Source: an uncultured Spirochaetaceae bacterium (GTDB taxonomy: Bacteria; Spirochaetota; Spirochaetia; Sphaerochaetales; Sphaerochaetaceae). Taken from it: a stretch of 39,234 nucleotides of DNA. This document shows, piece after piece, positions 23,791 through 33,872 of this stretch. The position numbers and the translations under genes are program-made. A model generated the notes under the pieces. It saw nothing but the letters and a program-made list of their open reading frames with translations, was not told where the DNA came from and searched no databases. Each line of letters opens with the position of its first letter. Positions within the stretch are counted from its first letter, which is position 1. Location of the stretch: the NCBI GenBank assembly GCA_964623005.1, contig CAZURL010000001.1:1-39234 (forward strand), in the 5' to 3' direction.

Positions 23791-24872
23791 AAAACCTCCA
23801 TGTTTCCACCATTCCTTTTCGCTTCCCTTAAGAGGTCTGCTGCGTGGCGGACTATTCTATCTGTCTCTTCCCAGCCGATACAGCCATCGGTTATCGAGAC
23901 ACCATATTTAAGAGCAGACGGATCATCACCGATATTCTGAGATCCTTCAAAAAGATTGGACTCAAGCATGAAGCCCCTTATCGCCTTTTCTCCCCATCTG
24001 ATCTGGTCTACCACCGATCTTAGCACTCTCTTCTGACGCTTCCAGTCCTTGCAGCTGTTCTGATGGGAACAATCTATGACAATCCGAGGCTGAAGCCCTA
24101 GACTCTCCATGAAGTTCTTTGCAGTCTCAACATCATCTTCATAATAGTTCGGGCCATGCACACCGCCTCGCAGAATCAGATGGCAGCAGTCGTTTCCTGA
24201 TGAGCGGAAGACCGCAAGCTGGCCATTTCGCTCAACACCGATAAACGACGCAGGACTTGATGCGCTCTTCATTGCATTCACCGCTGCGGTTAAATCTCCG
24301 GATGTACTATTCTTGAATCCTACCGCAACGGAAAGACCGGAAGCTAGAGATCTATGTGTCTGGCTTTCTGTAGTACGCGCACCGATTGAAGACCATGACA
24401 TGAGCTCATCTATGTACTGCGGGACAATAGTATCAAGAACCTCACATCCGACAGGAAGCCCTAGTTCGTTGATATCGATCAAGAGTTTACGCGCAATTGA
24501 AAGGCCTTTTTCGATATCGCAGGATTCATCGAGATCCGGGTCTATGATAAGCCCCTTCCATCCAAGCGCTGTCCTAGGCTTCTCAAAATACGTTCGCATC
24601 ACGATGAAGAACATATCTGAAACATCATCTGCAAGATTCTTGAGTCTTGCCGCATATTCAAGCGCTGCTGCTGGATCATGGATGGAACATGGGCCGATAA
24701 CCGCAAGAAGTCTATCATCCTCACCTTTAAGGATACGGTTCACTGTTCTTCTATATTCTTTGATTGACTCTATATTCTTATCGCTTATCGGAAAGAGAGA
24801 CGCAAGCTCTGCCGGTGTCTTGAGTCTTTCAATTCTAGAAATCCGTACATCCTGAGTGGATTTATCAATCAT
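23787..24872 (-). CDS. aroG: 3-deoxy-7-phosphoheptulonate (DAHP) synthase, class I
   Basis: VIGPCSIHD, RTYFEKPRT..GWKGL, GARTTESQ.HR and IDCSH motifs. The ATG at 24872 has GGAGGA 4 nt upstream and overlaps the ligase stop by 8 nt. The isozyme (aroF/G/H) is not determinable. Confidence 0.9.
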   Translation of the reverse strand: MIDKSTQDVRISRIERLKTPAELASLFPISDKNIESIKEYRRTVNRILKGEDDRLLAVIGPCSIHDPAAALEYAARLKNLADDVSDMFFIVMRTYFEKPRTALGWKGLIIDPDLDESCDIEKGLSIARKLLIDINELGLPVGCEVLDTIVPQYIDELMSWSSIGARTTESQTHRSLASGLSVAVGFKNSTSGDLTAAVNAMKSASSPASFIGVERNGQLAVFRSSGNDCCHLILRGGVHGPNYYEDDVETAKNFMESLGLQPRIVIDCSHQNSCKDWKRQKRVLRSVVDQIRWGEKAIRGFMLESNLFEGSQNIGDDPSALKYGVSITDGCIGWEETDRIVRHAADLLREAKRNGGNMEVL

Positions 24873-26577
24873 CACTTCCTCCATCTTTGCTCTTATTTTC
24901 TCCACGTTTCTTCGGGTACAGAAAACGCTTGATCTTCTGCGTTGGCGTACGGTCAAAAGGTTCATCCTGTATCTGAACATCGGAGATTTTCGAAAATGCC
25001 GATAGCTGAGAGTTTACCTCTTTTCGGATTCTCTTGACATATCCCTCAGCCTCCTTCTTCGCATCCTTTATCGAAAGGCTCATCTTCTCAGCCATCATGT
25101 TGATATCCAGTTTGATGAGTGCGACAAGTCCACCATTCTCAGGAACGACAAGCGATTCCTCGACATAATCCCAGCTATTGATGATTGATTCAATCGACTC
25201 TGGATAGATATTCTCCCCACCCGGCCCGAGTATCATTGTCTTCACCCTTCCTCGGATAGAAAGCCTGTTCTTCTTCCCTATATACCCTAGATCGCCGGTA
25301 CGGAAATAACCATCGGCGGTAAAGGATTCCTTATTCAGTTCAGGATTTTCATAGTAGCCTTTCATGACATTAGGGCCTTTGATGGCAATCTCTCCAACAC
25401 CCTCTGCATTTTTATCAAGAAGAATAACATCATCATCAGATACGATTTCTCCCACATACCCAGGATGCTGTCTTGAATGCTTGGATCCGCAGCCGGCTAC
25501 AAGCGGACTTGTTTCCGTAAGGCCATAGCCAAGCGCATATGGAAATCTTGACTTATGCAAGAATCGTTCAACTTCACCATCAAGCGGCGCACCGCCTATA
25601 CCGAAGAATTTCAAACGATGTCCGAATGTCGTTTTCAGCTTCTTTCCGATTGTCATATATACAAACGGAGAGGTTATCGGATTTCTTAAAAGCTTAGCTA
25701 TCTTCGTATTTCCATTGAGTACAGGCGTCACTGCCGCCTTATAGACCTTCTCAATAAGAAGCGGAACGGTAAGCATTACATGCGGCCTTACTTCTGAGAG
25801 CGCTGGAAGTAGGACGGAAACAGCAGGCTGACGGCCAAGGAATGTAATTTCCAGTCCCATCATCATCGTGAGGATCTGCCCGATTGTAAACTCATAGACA
25901 TGGCTCATCGGAAGGATGGATAACACCTTCATCCCCGGTTTCAGCTTGATATACACATCGGTTGCATTATCTGCATTCCTTAAAATATTCATATGAGAAA
26001 GCACAACGCCCTTTGATGCGCCAGTAGTACCGGATGTAAAGATAATCGATGCAACATCAGCTTCATCTGGCTTTCTTTCCCGTATAGTTTTTGCATCGAT
26101 CTTGATGTTCTTCATCGAGTACCCGGGGGAAGAGGCAAAATCAGAACCATCTGGAATCTCTGGCACATGAACAAGGTCATCGAGACGGAACATCATAAGT
26201 CCAGCTGGCAGTGCTTTCTGATGCTGCTTTACATTCGCTGCAACGGCTTTTGAACCGCTATCCTTTAAAATCGAGAGAACATCACGTTCAGCAAAATCCG
26301 GAAGGATCGGAACGGCAATTGCGCCAATCAGCGTGATAGCCAGATACATCACCATCCACTGCGGAGAGCTTTCTCCAAGTATTGCTACACGATCGCCCTT
26401 TTCGATGCCACGTGCAATAAGATATGTCGCCACAGCTTTCGAATACCACATCAGCTGATTGTATGTCATATCATCCTCTTCACCGGCACGGAAAACCCTG
26501 TAGCATGTTCTCTTGCCATATCGAGAGGCTATTGCTTCCAGAAAGTCAGGAAAGGTATATCCCTTGACTGTCTTCAT
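24865..26577 (-). CDS. long-chain-fatty-acid-CoA ligase (AMP-forming, ANL family)
   Basis: AMP-binding motif IIFTSGTTGASKGV, GYGLTETS and FRTGDLG. The start at 26577 (MKTVKGY) avoids overlap with the upstream gene; the track start at 26655 is an alternative. Confidence 0.85.
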   Translation of the reverse strand: MKTVKGYTFPDFLEAIASRYGKRTCYRVFRAGEEDDMTYNQLMWYSKAVATYLIARGIEKGDRVAILGESSPQWMVMYLAITLIGAIAVPILPDFAERDVLSILKDSGSKAVAANVKQHQKALPAGLMMFRLDDLVHVPEIPDGSDFASSPGYSMKNIKIDAKTIRERKPDEADVASIIFTSGTTGASKGVVLSHMNILRNADNATDVYIKLKPGMKVLSILPMSHVYEFTIGQILTMMMGLEITFLGRQPAVSVLLPALSEVRPHVMLTVPLLIEKVYKAAVTPVLNGNTKIAKLLRNPITSPFVYMTIGKKLKTTFGHRLKFFGIGGAPLDGEVERFLHKSRFPYALGYGLTETSPLVAGCGSKHSRQHPGYVGEIVSDDDVILLDKNAEGVGEIAIKGPNVMKGYYENPELNKESFTADGYFRTGDLGYIGKKNRLSIRGRVKTMILGPGGENIYPESIESIINSWDYVEESLVVPENGGLVALIKLDINMMAEKMSLSIKDAKKEAEGYVKRIRKEVNSQLSAFSKISDVQIQDEPFDRTPTQKIKRFLYPKKRGENKSKDGGSDD

Positions 26578-26605
26578 CCTGAGTCTATCAGAACGTCTTA
26601 TACGC

Positions 26606-27421
26606 CTACATGCCTTGAACGTTATCTTCTCTTTCTTCCCATTCTTTCTCATCAATAAATCCTTCGAAAGTCTCTCCTCGTTCGCAGACCTTGCAGAAAA
26701 TGCCAGATCTTATACTTCCTTCTATCTCCTTACGAACCAATTCAGGTGTATTATTATTTTTGCTCAAATGGACAAAGTAGACGTTATCTCCGAGTCGTGC
26801 TGTACGTGATGCGAATTCGACAGCATCAGCATTTGAAAGATGCCCATACTTTCCACTGATTCTTCGCTTGAGAGACGCTGCATAATGTCCATTTTCAAGC
26901 ATATTTATATCGTAATTTGATTCAATGAACTCAACATCAGCATCTGCGGCCATCGTCTCAGCGCCCTCTGGAATGATGCCTGTATCTGTCATCAGGAAGA
27001 AACTCCGACCACGGACAGTTACAGAATAACCAGCGGAACCCGGGCTATCATGGAAGGTTCTGAATGGCGTGATAGTGAACTCACCTATACGGATAACATC
27101 GGAAAAGGCAAAAGTCTTCACCTCTTTCATCTCTATCCGCTGTTTCTCCATGACAACCTTGTTCTCCTCGTATGCGATATCAGACATATATGCAGGAATG
27201 TGATCCTTACGCTGGACAACGCCTAACCCTTTTGAATGATCCGGATGGAGATGCGTAATGAAGATAGCCTTCACGCTGTCCATGGTTATCTCATGCGCAC
27301 GAAGCACTCTCTCAAGCTTTGTATAGGTCACGCCAACATCAAAAAGGATCGTCTCCTCCCCTGTCGTTATTGCATAGCTGTTTCCGCAACTACCTGTAGT
27401 AACTGCAACATAGTGGATCAT
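26606..27421 (-). CDS. MBL-fold metallohydrolase (YycJ-like)
   Basis: ITHLHPDHSKG (HxHxDH) motif. ATGA overlap with the upstream gene. Confidence 0.85.
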   Translation of the reverse strand: MIHYVAVTTGSCGNSYAITTGEETILFDVGVTYTKLERVLRAHEITMDSVKAIFITHLHPDHSKGLGVVQRKDHIPAYMSDIAYEENKVVMEKQRIEMKEVKTFAFSDVIRIGEFTITPFRTFHDSPGSAGYSVTVRGRSFFLMTDTGIIPEGAETMAADADVEFIESNYDINMLENGHYAASLKRRISGKYGHLSNADAVEFASRTARLGDNVYFVHLSKNNNTPELVRKEIEGSIRSGIFCKVCERGETFEGFIDEKEWEEREDNVQGM

Positions 27422-27750
27422 ATCAATGCACCTGCCTTTTCTTCATTCCAACCGACAAAGGCTTTCTCTTTTTTCCTTATAATGGGAAGAACAAGTAATT
27501 CAGGATGCTCAATCAAAAGCTCACGTGCATCATATTCCATATATTCGTATCCGCCATTCTTGTATATCTTACCATTTTTATCTATGAGGGATTCATAATC
27601 ATCAACAGAAGAAAAGATGCTTTTCCACACCTTTGTCCCGAGTTCTGCCCTCTCTATCTCAACAAACTGATAGGGAATCCTCCGCTCTTTGAAATAGCGG
27701 ATTGCTTTATCAGTATCTCTGGATTTCCGACTTCCGATAATTTCGATCAT
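27418..27750 (-). CDS. ArsC/Spx/YffB-fold family protein lacking the N-terminal redox Cys
   Basis: From M30 of the track ORF: MIEIIGSRKSRDTDKAIRYFKERRIPYQFVEI... matches the family layout (xxYGxxxCxxxRKAxxxL), but SRKS replaces the Cys motif. No SD, so the start is uncertain. Confidence 0.65.
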   Translation of the reverse strand: MIEIIGSRKSRDTDKAIRYFKERRIPYQFVEIERAELGTKVWKSIFSSVDDYESLIDKNGKIYKNGGYEYMEYDARELLIEHPELLVLPIIRKKEKAFVGWNEEKAGALI

Positions 27751-27879
27751 AGTGCGATTTTTACGGAGAGAAGAAGCGCTGTCAATGGCGTAAAATGACC
27801 ATTTTAACGCTAAATGTACAGCAAATGGGAAAAACACATCATTTAGTGATTAGAATAATAGTTAATTCCCACTAAATCC

Positions 27880-27909
27880 TTGACCCCCTGCGCTCTACGG
27901 TGAGATAAT
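27880..27909 (+). promoter_or_regulatory. possible promoter of asnS
   Basis: TTGACC-18 nt-GATAAT, 23 nt before the ATG. GGAGGA RBS at 27922-27927. Confidence 0.35.
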
Positions 27910-27932
27910 CCCACATCATCTCTGGAGGAAAT

Positions 27933-29315
27933 ATGGAGAGAAGGATCAAGGAGATTCTTGCCTTAACGCCATCTGATGAGATAATCAAAGCAGAGGGCTG
28001 GGTAAGGACAAGAAGAGATAGCAAGAACGTCTCATTTGTTGAGATTAGCGATGGTTCATGCCTCAAAGGGTTACAGGTAGTTCTCGATAGATCGAAATTC
28101 AGCGATAACGAACTTGAGTCGGTGATGACAGGCGCATCTGTTGTTGTTACTGGAAAGATTGTAAGCTCGCAGGGAGGCTCACAGAGTGTTGAGCTTCAGG
28201 CCCAGTCGCTTGAAGTAATCGGAATATGTCCGCAGGATTACCCTTTGCAGAAAAAACGTCATACGGTAGAGTTTCTGAGAGAAAAGGCATATCTGAGACC
28301 ACGTACTAACCTATTTGGCGCAGTAACGAGAGTACGTAATACGATGGCATATGCTGTTCATTCATTCTTTCAGGAAAATGGCTTTGTATATGTAAATACG
28401 CCGCTGATCTCTGCATCTGACTGTGAAGGTGCCGGGGCACAGTTTCAGGTAACGACACTCAATCTTGAAGATGTGCCTAAGACAGAAGATGGCAAGGTCG
28501 ATTATTCCAAGGACTTTTTCGGGAAGATGGCTAATCTTACTGTTTCTGGACAGCTTGAAGGTGAGACATATGCACTTGCGATGAAGAATATCTACACATT
28601 CGGGCCTACTTTCCGCGCAGAAAATTCAAATACAGCTCGTCACCTTGCAGAGTTCTGGATGATTGAACCGGAAATGGCATTCTGTACCCTTGAAGGCGAT
28701 ATGGAAATTGCAGAGAAATTCCTCAAATACATTTTCAAGGCCGTTCTCGATAAAAATGCTGAGGATATGGAATTTTTCTCAAAGTTCGTCCTCGATGGGG
28801 TTGTTGAAACACTTGAGCATGTCATTGAAAGCCCGTTTGAGCACATGACATATACAGAGGCTGTTAAGATTCTTGAGAAACACAATGATATTTTCGAATT
28901 TCCTGTCAGCTGGGGCGTAGAGATTCAGAGTGAACACGAAAGATACCTTACAGAGAAGATTGCAAAGCGTCCTGTTATCGTTACGGATTATCCTAAGGAT
29001 ATCAAGGCATTCTACATGAAGATGAATGACGATGGAAAAACAGTCAGGGCAATGGACGTGCTTGCGCCTCGGCTTGGGGAGATCATCGGAGGTTCTGAAA
29101 GAGAGTATAGATACGATGTACTTCTTTCACGGATGAAAGAACTCGGTCTCGATCCAGATTCATATTGGTGGTATCTTGATCTGAGAAAGTATGGCACAGT
29201 GCCACACGCAGGATTCGGCCTTGGATTCGAGCGCGCTGTACAGTATGTCACAGGTGTTGCAAACATCCGCGATGTCATTCCATATCCAAGATATGTCAGG
29301 AGCTGCGAGTATTGA
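27933..29315 (+). CDS. asnS: asparagine-tRNA ligase
   Basis: 460 aa. N-terminal OB fold ([21 protein letters not shown]) and class IIb motifs ([37 protein letters not shown]). Confidence 0.93.
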   Translation: MERRIKEILALTPSDEIIKAEGWVRTRRDSKNVSFVEISDGSCLKGLQVVLDRSKFSDNELESVMTGASVVVTGKIVSSQGGSQSVELQAQSLEVIGICPQDYPLQKKRHTVEFLREKAYLRPRTNLFGAVTRVRNTMAYAVHSFFQENGFVYVNTPLISASDCEGAGAQFQVTTLNLEDVPKTEDGKVDYSKDFFGKMANLTVSGQLEGETYALAMKNIYTFGPTFRAENSNTARHLAEFWMIEPEMAFCTLEGDMEIAEKFLKYIFKAVLDKNAEDMEFFSKFVLDGVVETLEHVIESPFEHMTYTEAVKILEKHNDIFEFPVSWGVEIQSEHERYLTEKIAKRPVIVTDYPKDIKAFYMKMNDDGKTVRAMDVLAPRLGEIIGGSEREYRYDVLLSRMKELGLDPDSYWWYLDLRKYGTVPHAGFGLGFERAVQYVTGVANIRDVIPYPRYVRSCEY

Positions 29316-29823
29316 TTCTATATAGATAGTAGAGCATAAGCTGTTCAGAGGAGACGAGACCGGTTTTGTTGAATATTGATTCTTTTATTCGTCTTACCTG
29401 TCTCTCGCTTTTGTTCATTCGCTGAGCAATCTCCTTATTGGACATGCCAAAACCTACCTCTTTCATCACACGCTCTTCCCGTTCAGTAAGGAAGGGCGTT
29501 TCTTTTTCTACCCTCACCTGTATCGACATCATAAGTTCTTTAATACTGAAACTTGGATCAAGTGCAACGATGAAGCTTTCCGGAAATAGTCGCTCAATCA
29601 GATAACAAAGCCGCTTTTCTGTGATAACGATCAAAACCGTATCGAGACCGTTGAAAGTTATTTCATCCGCTTCTTTCCTGATTTCATCAAAAGTCGGGAA
29701 AAAGAGTATAAGGGCAACCGGCGCGCCATAGTAAACATAGCTTGGCATAACACACACGGAGTATCCTCTGCTCTCAAGGATTTCTCTGGTTCTCTCATTT
29801 TCATTCCGCATCAAGACGTTCAT
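29296..29823 (-). CDS. LuxR/GerE-type HTH regulator with degenerate receiver-like N-terminal domain
   Basis: C-terminal [44 protein letters not shown] is a LuxR-family HTH. The N-terminal roughly 110 aa show an alpha/beta pattern with no recognisable phospho-acceptor signature. Confidence 0.75.
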   Translation of the reverse strand: MNVLMRNENERTREILESRGYSVCVMPSYVYYGAPVALILFFPTFDEIRKEADEITFNGLDTVLIVITEKRLCYLIERLFPESFIVALDPSFSIKELMMSIQVRVEKETPFLTEREERVMKEVGFGMSNKEIAQRMNKSERQVRRIKESIFNKTGLVSSEQLMLYYLYRINTRSS

Positions 29824-29861
29824 GCTTATATATACGCCTCAAGGTAAGGAAAAATCCCAAT

Positions 29862-30386
29862 TCAGAGAAGAGAAAGCGCTTTATCGAAAGCAGCGGCAAA
29901 GGCCTGTATCGTATGCGCATCAAAGCGCTTTGATCTTGAATCGAAGAGTCCCATTTCACGGAAAACCATATTGTTGCGGCGCTCTGAAAGACGGAAATTG
30001 ATAGAATTTGAATCAAGCAGATCGCCCCTATCGTTGATAACAATCAAACCTTTTTCAATCAAACGTGCAGAGAGCGGTATATCATGAGTGATACAGAGTG
30101 CAGGTGCTTGTGCAATCTCAACGATTTTGTCATCAGCGCTATTTTCGCCGCTTTCGACGACAATCATCGATATATTCGAACCGATGCGTCTTGCCTCTTC
30201 GCGTGTCATTGTATCCCTGACACGGCTTCTTCGCTCTCTTTTATCCTCCGCAATTGCTTTCTCGACGTCAGAAAGAGATCGATCTGCGACAAAGAATGCA
30301 TAGTGCTCCTTCCCTATTACCCTGCGAAGGATTATCGTCCTTTGCCGCTCTGGAAGGGAGTCCGCATCGATATATATATTCGCCAT
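29862..30386 (-). CDS. YaiI/YqxD family protein (UPF0178/DUF188)
   Basis: MANIYIDADSLP start and VVESGENSADDKIVE...ITHDIPLA-like motifs typical of the family. Confidence 0.85.
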   Translation of the reverse strand: MANIYIDADSLPERQRTIILRRVIGKEHYAFFVADRSLSDVEKAIAEDKRERRSRVRDTMTREEARRIGSNISMIVVESGENSADDKIVEIAQAPALCITHDIPLSARLIEKGLIVINDRGDLLDSNSINFRLSERRNNMVFREMGLFDSRSKRFDAHTIQAFAAAFDKALSLL

Positions 30387-30463
30387 ATTGTCATTTTAAC
30401 AAAGTCAATATTCATTGGAAATACGCCTTTCCTTGTTTTAAAATGATATGAGGGAGGAAATCG

Positions 30464-32122
30464 ATGGATTATTCGACGCTTCAGTCGCTCAGGTATGCTT
30501 ATCAGCCAAAATTGCCGAAATTGTTACGTGCCGGCATAAAAAACATTGCCGTTGTCGAAGGTGCTGAAACTACATCCGCAGCCGATGAGGAAAGAATCAA
30601 AGAGCTTTTTCCAAGGACATTCGGGCAGAAGGAATTGAAATTCGAATCTGAAGGAAAGGCAATTAACCCAACACGTCAGGTTGTTGGCGTAATCCTTTCC
30701 GGTGGACAGGCGCCAGGTGGGCACAATGTAATTGCAGGTCTTTATGATGCTCTCAAAGAAGCAAATGAGGATAGTGTTCTTCTCGGCTTCAAAGGTGGCC
30801 CTAGCGGATTGATCGAAGACAATTACATCACGCTGACAGGCGATACGATCTCTAAGTACAGGAATACCGGTGGCTTTGACATGATCGGATCTGGTCGAAC
30901 CAAGCTTGAGACGGAAGAGCAGTTCATGATTGTAGGCGAAGTCGCTAAGAAACATGGAATGACTGCGATTGTCATTATCGGAGGCGATGATTCCAACACC
31001 AACGCTGCTGTCCTTGCAGAGTATTTTGCTGAACATGATATCAAATGTCAGGTAATTGGCTGTCCAAAGACAATCGATGGAGACCTGAAAAATGATGATA
31101 TCGAGGTCTCATTTGGTTTCGATACCGCAACAAAGACGTATTCGGAACTCATTGGGAATATCATGAGGGACGCAAACAGCGTTAAGAAGTATTGGCACTT
31201 CATAAAGCTGATGGGACGCTCTGCTTCTCATATCGCACTTGAATGCGCCCTTCAGACTCACCCGAATGTCTGTATGATATCCGAAGAGATTGAACGTGAT
31301 GGAGCAAACCTTAATACAATTGCAAATATTATTGCAGACAGTGTTGTTAAACGTGCTTCTCAGGGTTTGAACTTTGGCGTCGTAGTCATTCCAGAGGGAC
31401 TTATAGAATTTGTTCCGGAAGTAAAGAAGCTTATTGCCGAAATCAACGAGACACTTGCAAAGAGCGGCGATAAATTTGCACGGCTTCCCTCTTGGGATGA
31501 GAGACTTGGCTTTTTGACAGCCTCTCTTACCGTAGAGTCGATGAAGGTCTTCAACATGCTTCCTATGGATATCCAAGAAGAGTTATTGATGGATAGAGAT
31601 CCACATGGCAATGTTCAGGTTTCGAAGATAGAGACGGAGAAACTTCTTTCAAAGATCGTTGCAAGACGGCTTCAAGAGCTAAAACAGGAAGGGAAGTATA
31701 ATGGAAAGTTCAATCCGCTTCACCATTTCTTCGGATATGAAGGCAGAGCGGCTTTCCCGACAAATTTCGATGCCGATTACTGCTACTCACTTGGTTACAC
31801 CGCATGTCTTCTGATTCTCGCTGGATGCAACGGCTACATGTCTGTTGTCCGCAATCTCTCAAACGGCATTGACGATTGGAAAGTCGGCGGCATGCCCATT
31901 ACAAAGATGATGGATATCGAAAGACGAGGCGGAAAGGACAAGCCTGTTATAAAGAAAGCACTTGTCAACCTCGATGGGAAGCCTTTCATGGAATTCTCCA
32001 AAAATCGCGCAAAGTGGGCGGTGGAGACTTGTTTCCAGTATCCAGGCTCTATTCAGTACTTCGGGCCAGCAGAGCTATCTGATGTGACAACAATCACACT
32101 GCGGCTTGAACATGAAGAATAA
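30464..32122 (+). CDS. pfp: diphosphate-fructose-6-phosphate 1-phosphotransferase (long PPi-PFK)
   Basis: 552 aa. GVILSGGQAPGGHNV, IGGDDSNTNAA, PKTIDGDL and KLMGRSASH motifs of PPi-dependent PFK. GGGAGGA RBS. Confidence 0.92.
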   Translation: MDYSTLQSLRYAYQPKLPKLLRAGIKNIAVVEGAETTSAADEERIKELFPRTFGQKELKFESEGKAINPTRQVVGVILSGGQAPGGHNVIAGLYDALKEANEDSVLLGFKGGPSGLIEDNYITLTGDTISKYRNTGGFDMIGSGRTKLETEEQFMIVGEVAKKHGMTAIVIIGGDDSNTNAAVLAEYFAEHDIKCQVIGCPKTIDGDLKNDDIEVSFGFDTATKTYSELIGNIMRDANSVKKYWHFIKLMGRSASHIALECALQTHPNVCMISEEIERDGANLNTIANIIADSVVKRASQGLNFGVVVIPEGLIEFVPEVKKLIAEINETLAKSGDKFARLPSWDERLGFLTASLTVESMKVFNMLPMDIQEELLMDRDPHGNVQVSKIETEKLLSKIVARRLQELKQEGKYNGKFNPLHHFFGYEGRAAFPTNFDADYCYSLGYTACLLILAGCNGYMSVVRNLSNGIDDWKVGGMPITKMMDIERRGGKDKPVIKKALVNLDGKPFMEFSKNRAKWAVETCFQYPGSIQYFGPAELSDVTTITLRLEHEE

Positions 32123-32123
32123 G

Positions 32124-32143
32124 TGATGCCCGAAAGGGCATCA
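32124..32143. terminator. hairpin between convergent pfp and phosphodiesterase genes
   Basis: TGATGCCC-gaaa-GGGCATCA (8 bp, GNRA-type loop). Flanks are T/A-rich but contain no clean U tract. Confidence 0.5.
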
Positions 32144-32145
32144 TA

Positions 32146-33243
32146 TTATATAAGCGAACAACCATCGGCATCCATTTCGATGCCAAATGTTTTGAGAATC
32201 GTTGGTGCTATATCAACAAGAGAGCAAGTATCCTTTTTTAAAGCATAAGGGACATTGAAAGCGATAAAAGGAGGATATGGCCCTTCCTCACCTACATATC
32301 CATGCCCCGCAGGAGTTGGCGATAAGGAAAATGCATAACCCTCGTCAGCAACTGCAAAGAGAGAAAATGATTTCGGAAGATGTAAGCTTTCAAATTCACT
32401 CATTTCATATACTCTCTTCACGCCTTCAATTGCTTCTAGCTTTTGTTTCGCTTCAGCTTCGCTTATTCCATCAAGATATATCTCCGCAGTCATTCCTGTT
32501 GGATGAAGAATTATACGGCTGTCATCGCCGAAAACTATTCCCTTAATCTGCTTTCTATGCCCATGGTCTCCGACTATGAATATCTCATAATCATCCAGTA
32601 CCTCGAGAACTTTTTCCATCAGCTCTTCTATGAAAGAAAGTGCATAAGGAATATCTTTTGCTCTTGGACTCTTCATATGTTTCTGATGGTCAAGATATGA
32701 AAGATGAAGGAGCGCTAGATCCGGTCTTTGTTCTTTTATGATGGAGATAAAGACATTGGAAGCAAAAATATCCATACCAGGGGTTCGCATCCAATCAAGT
32801 TTTTCCTTATGGCGAAGATAATATTCATATCCTTTTTCAGAAGAAGCACTTTTAAATACCGGATCAGCATCATCACCTTCCCTCTTTGTCCAGATCTCAG
32901 GAACAAGGTAGTCTATATCAGCACCAGCTGTAACAGGAAAACATACTGATGCTGTTGAAAGTCCGTTCTCTTTTGCATAGTCCGTCAAAATCTTTGTTTT
33001 TATCGACTCCCTCCAGAACTGCCACTCAAAAGAAGGATGGGAAAGATTATCGATTATCTCGGTTTTCTCAGGATAAAAGCCCGATAGAATCGAGGCATGG
33101 CATGGATAGGTCTGAGCAGGCGTCACCGCCATACTCCTTATGACCTGTCCTTTTCTTAAAACCCGAGCTAAAGATGAAAAATGAGAGAATACATCCAAAT
33201 CCTCGATATCCAATGCATCGATAGATATAAGCGCAGCTTTCAT
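32146..33243 (-). CDS. alkaline-phosphatase-superfamily nucleotide pyrophosphatase/phosphodiesterase (NPP type)
   Basis: ISIDALD, TPAQTYPCHASILSGFYPEKT (Thr nucleophile context), YLDHQKH and VGDHGH metal-ligand motifs. The start overlaps the upstream stop (TAATG). Confidence 0.85.
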   Translation of the reverse strand: MKAALISIDALDIEDLDVFSHFSSLARVLRKGQVIRSMAVTPAQTYPCHASILSGFYPEKTEIIDNLSHPSFEWQFWRESIKTKILTDYAKENGLSTASVCFPVTAGADIDYLVPEIWTKREGDDADPVFKSASSEKGYEYYLRHKEKLDWMRTPGMDIFASNVFISIIKEQRPDLALLHLSYLDHQKHMKSPRAKDIPYALSFIEELMEKVLEVLDDYEIFIVGDHGHRKQIKGIVFGDDSRIILHPTGMTAEIYLDGISEAEAKQKLEAIEGVKRVYEMSEFESLHLPKSFSLFAVADEGYAFSLSPTPAGHGYVGEEGPYPPFIAFNVPYALKKDTCSLVDIAPTILKTFGIEMDADGCSLI

Positions 33244-33869
33244 TAAAACTGCCAGGAGTTGTACTCGAAAGGAGCGACCTCGGGCTTTCCGTCATCTTCC
33301 TTCTCGTTCTTGCAGTATTCAAGATACTTCTCATACACCTTTTTGATATCCTCTCCTTCGAGCTGGGGGATTACCTTGCTTGCTTCAGTCAGAAAATGTA
33401 TCTCATCTCTCCCCATTTCCCGTCCCTTTGCTGTATGAAGGTCGTAGGCATAATCAGGAACCTCTGCTACCCTTCCATGCGCAAAATCCTTGATCAGCAT
33501 ATTTTTCACATTGTCCGACGAGCGTTCCTTTTTCTGCCTGGTGAGATAGCGGATCGCATGGACAAAGAACATCGGTCTATCCCCATCCTGATACGGAAAT
33601 TCCTGCCGCATCTTATAAAGTGTATAGATAAGTTCCGGTGCATGGACATCTCCGAACCCGATATCCTCAACGCTTATCGCCAATAGCCTTCTCCACATTT
33701 TGTCCTCAAACTGTGGACTTGTGATATACATCTCATAGGCAGCGCAGAGCGCATTGTGCTCCAAGCCTCTTCTTATTGATTTCTGAAGCATGCTGATGAT
33801 TTCATCGCCAGCGATGCCATTTCTCGTAGTTACTTTTGCCCACGGATCATAGGACATAAACTCACTCAT
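33243..33869 (-). CDS. standalone RarA/MgsA C-terminal-domain-like protein, paralog B
   Basis: IISMLQKSIRRG...RRLLAISVEDIGFGDVHAP...HAIRYLTRQKKERSSD...VPDYAYDLHT parallels the E. coli RarA C-terminal region (ISAFHKSVRGS, RRCLAIASEDVGNADP, AIVYLACAPKSNA, VPVHLRNA). No P-loop. AAGGGG RBS. Confidence 0.8.
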   Translation of the reverse strand: MSEFMSYDPWAKVTTRNGIAGDEIISMLQKSIRRGLEHNALCAAYEMYITSPQFEDKMWRRLLAISVEDIGFGDVHAPELIYTLYKMRQEFPYQDGDRPMFFVHAIRYLTRQKKERSSDNVKNMLIKDFAHGRVAEVPDYAYDLHTAKGREMGRDEIHFLTEASKVIPQLEGEDIKKVYEKYLEYCKNEKEDDGKPEVAPFEYNSWQF

Positions 33870-33872
33870 TAC

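Noticed and set aside
29801-30043. An 80-aa minus-strand ORF bridging the LuxR-type and YaiI genes.
   Set aside because: It overlaps the YaiI C-terminal coding region out of frame, and it has no RBS and no family resemblance.
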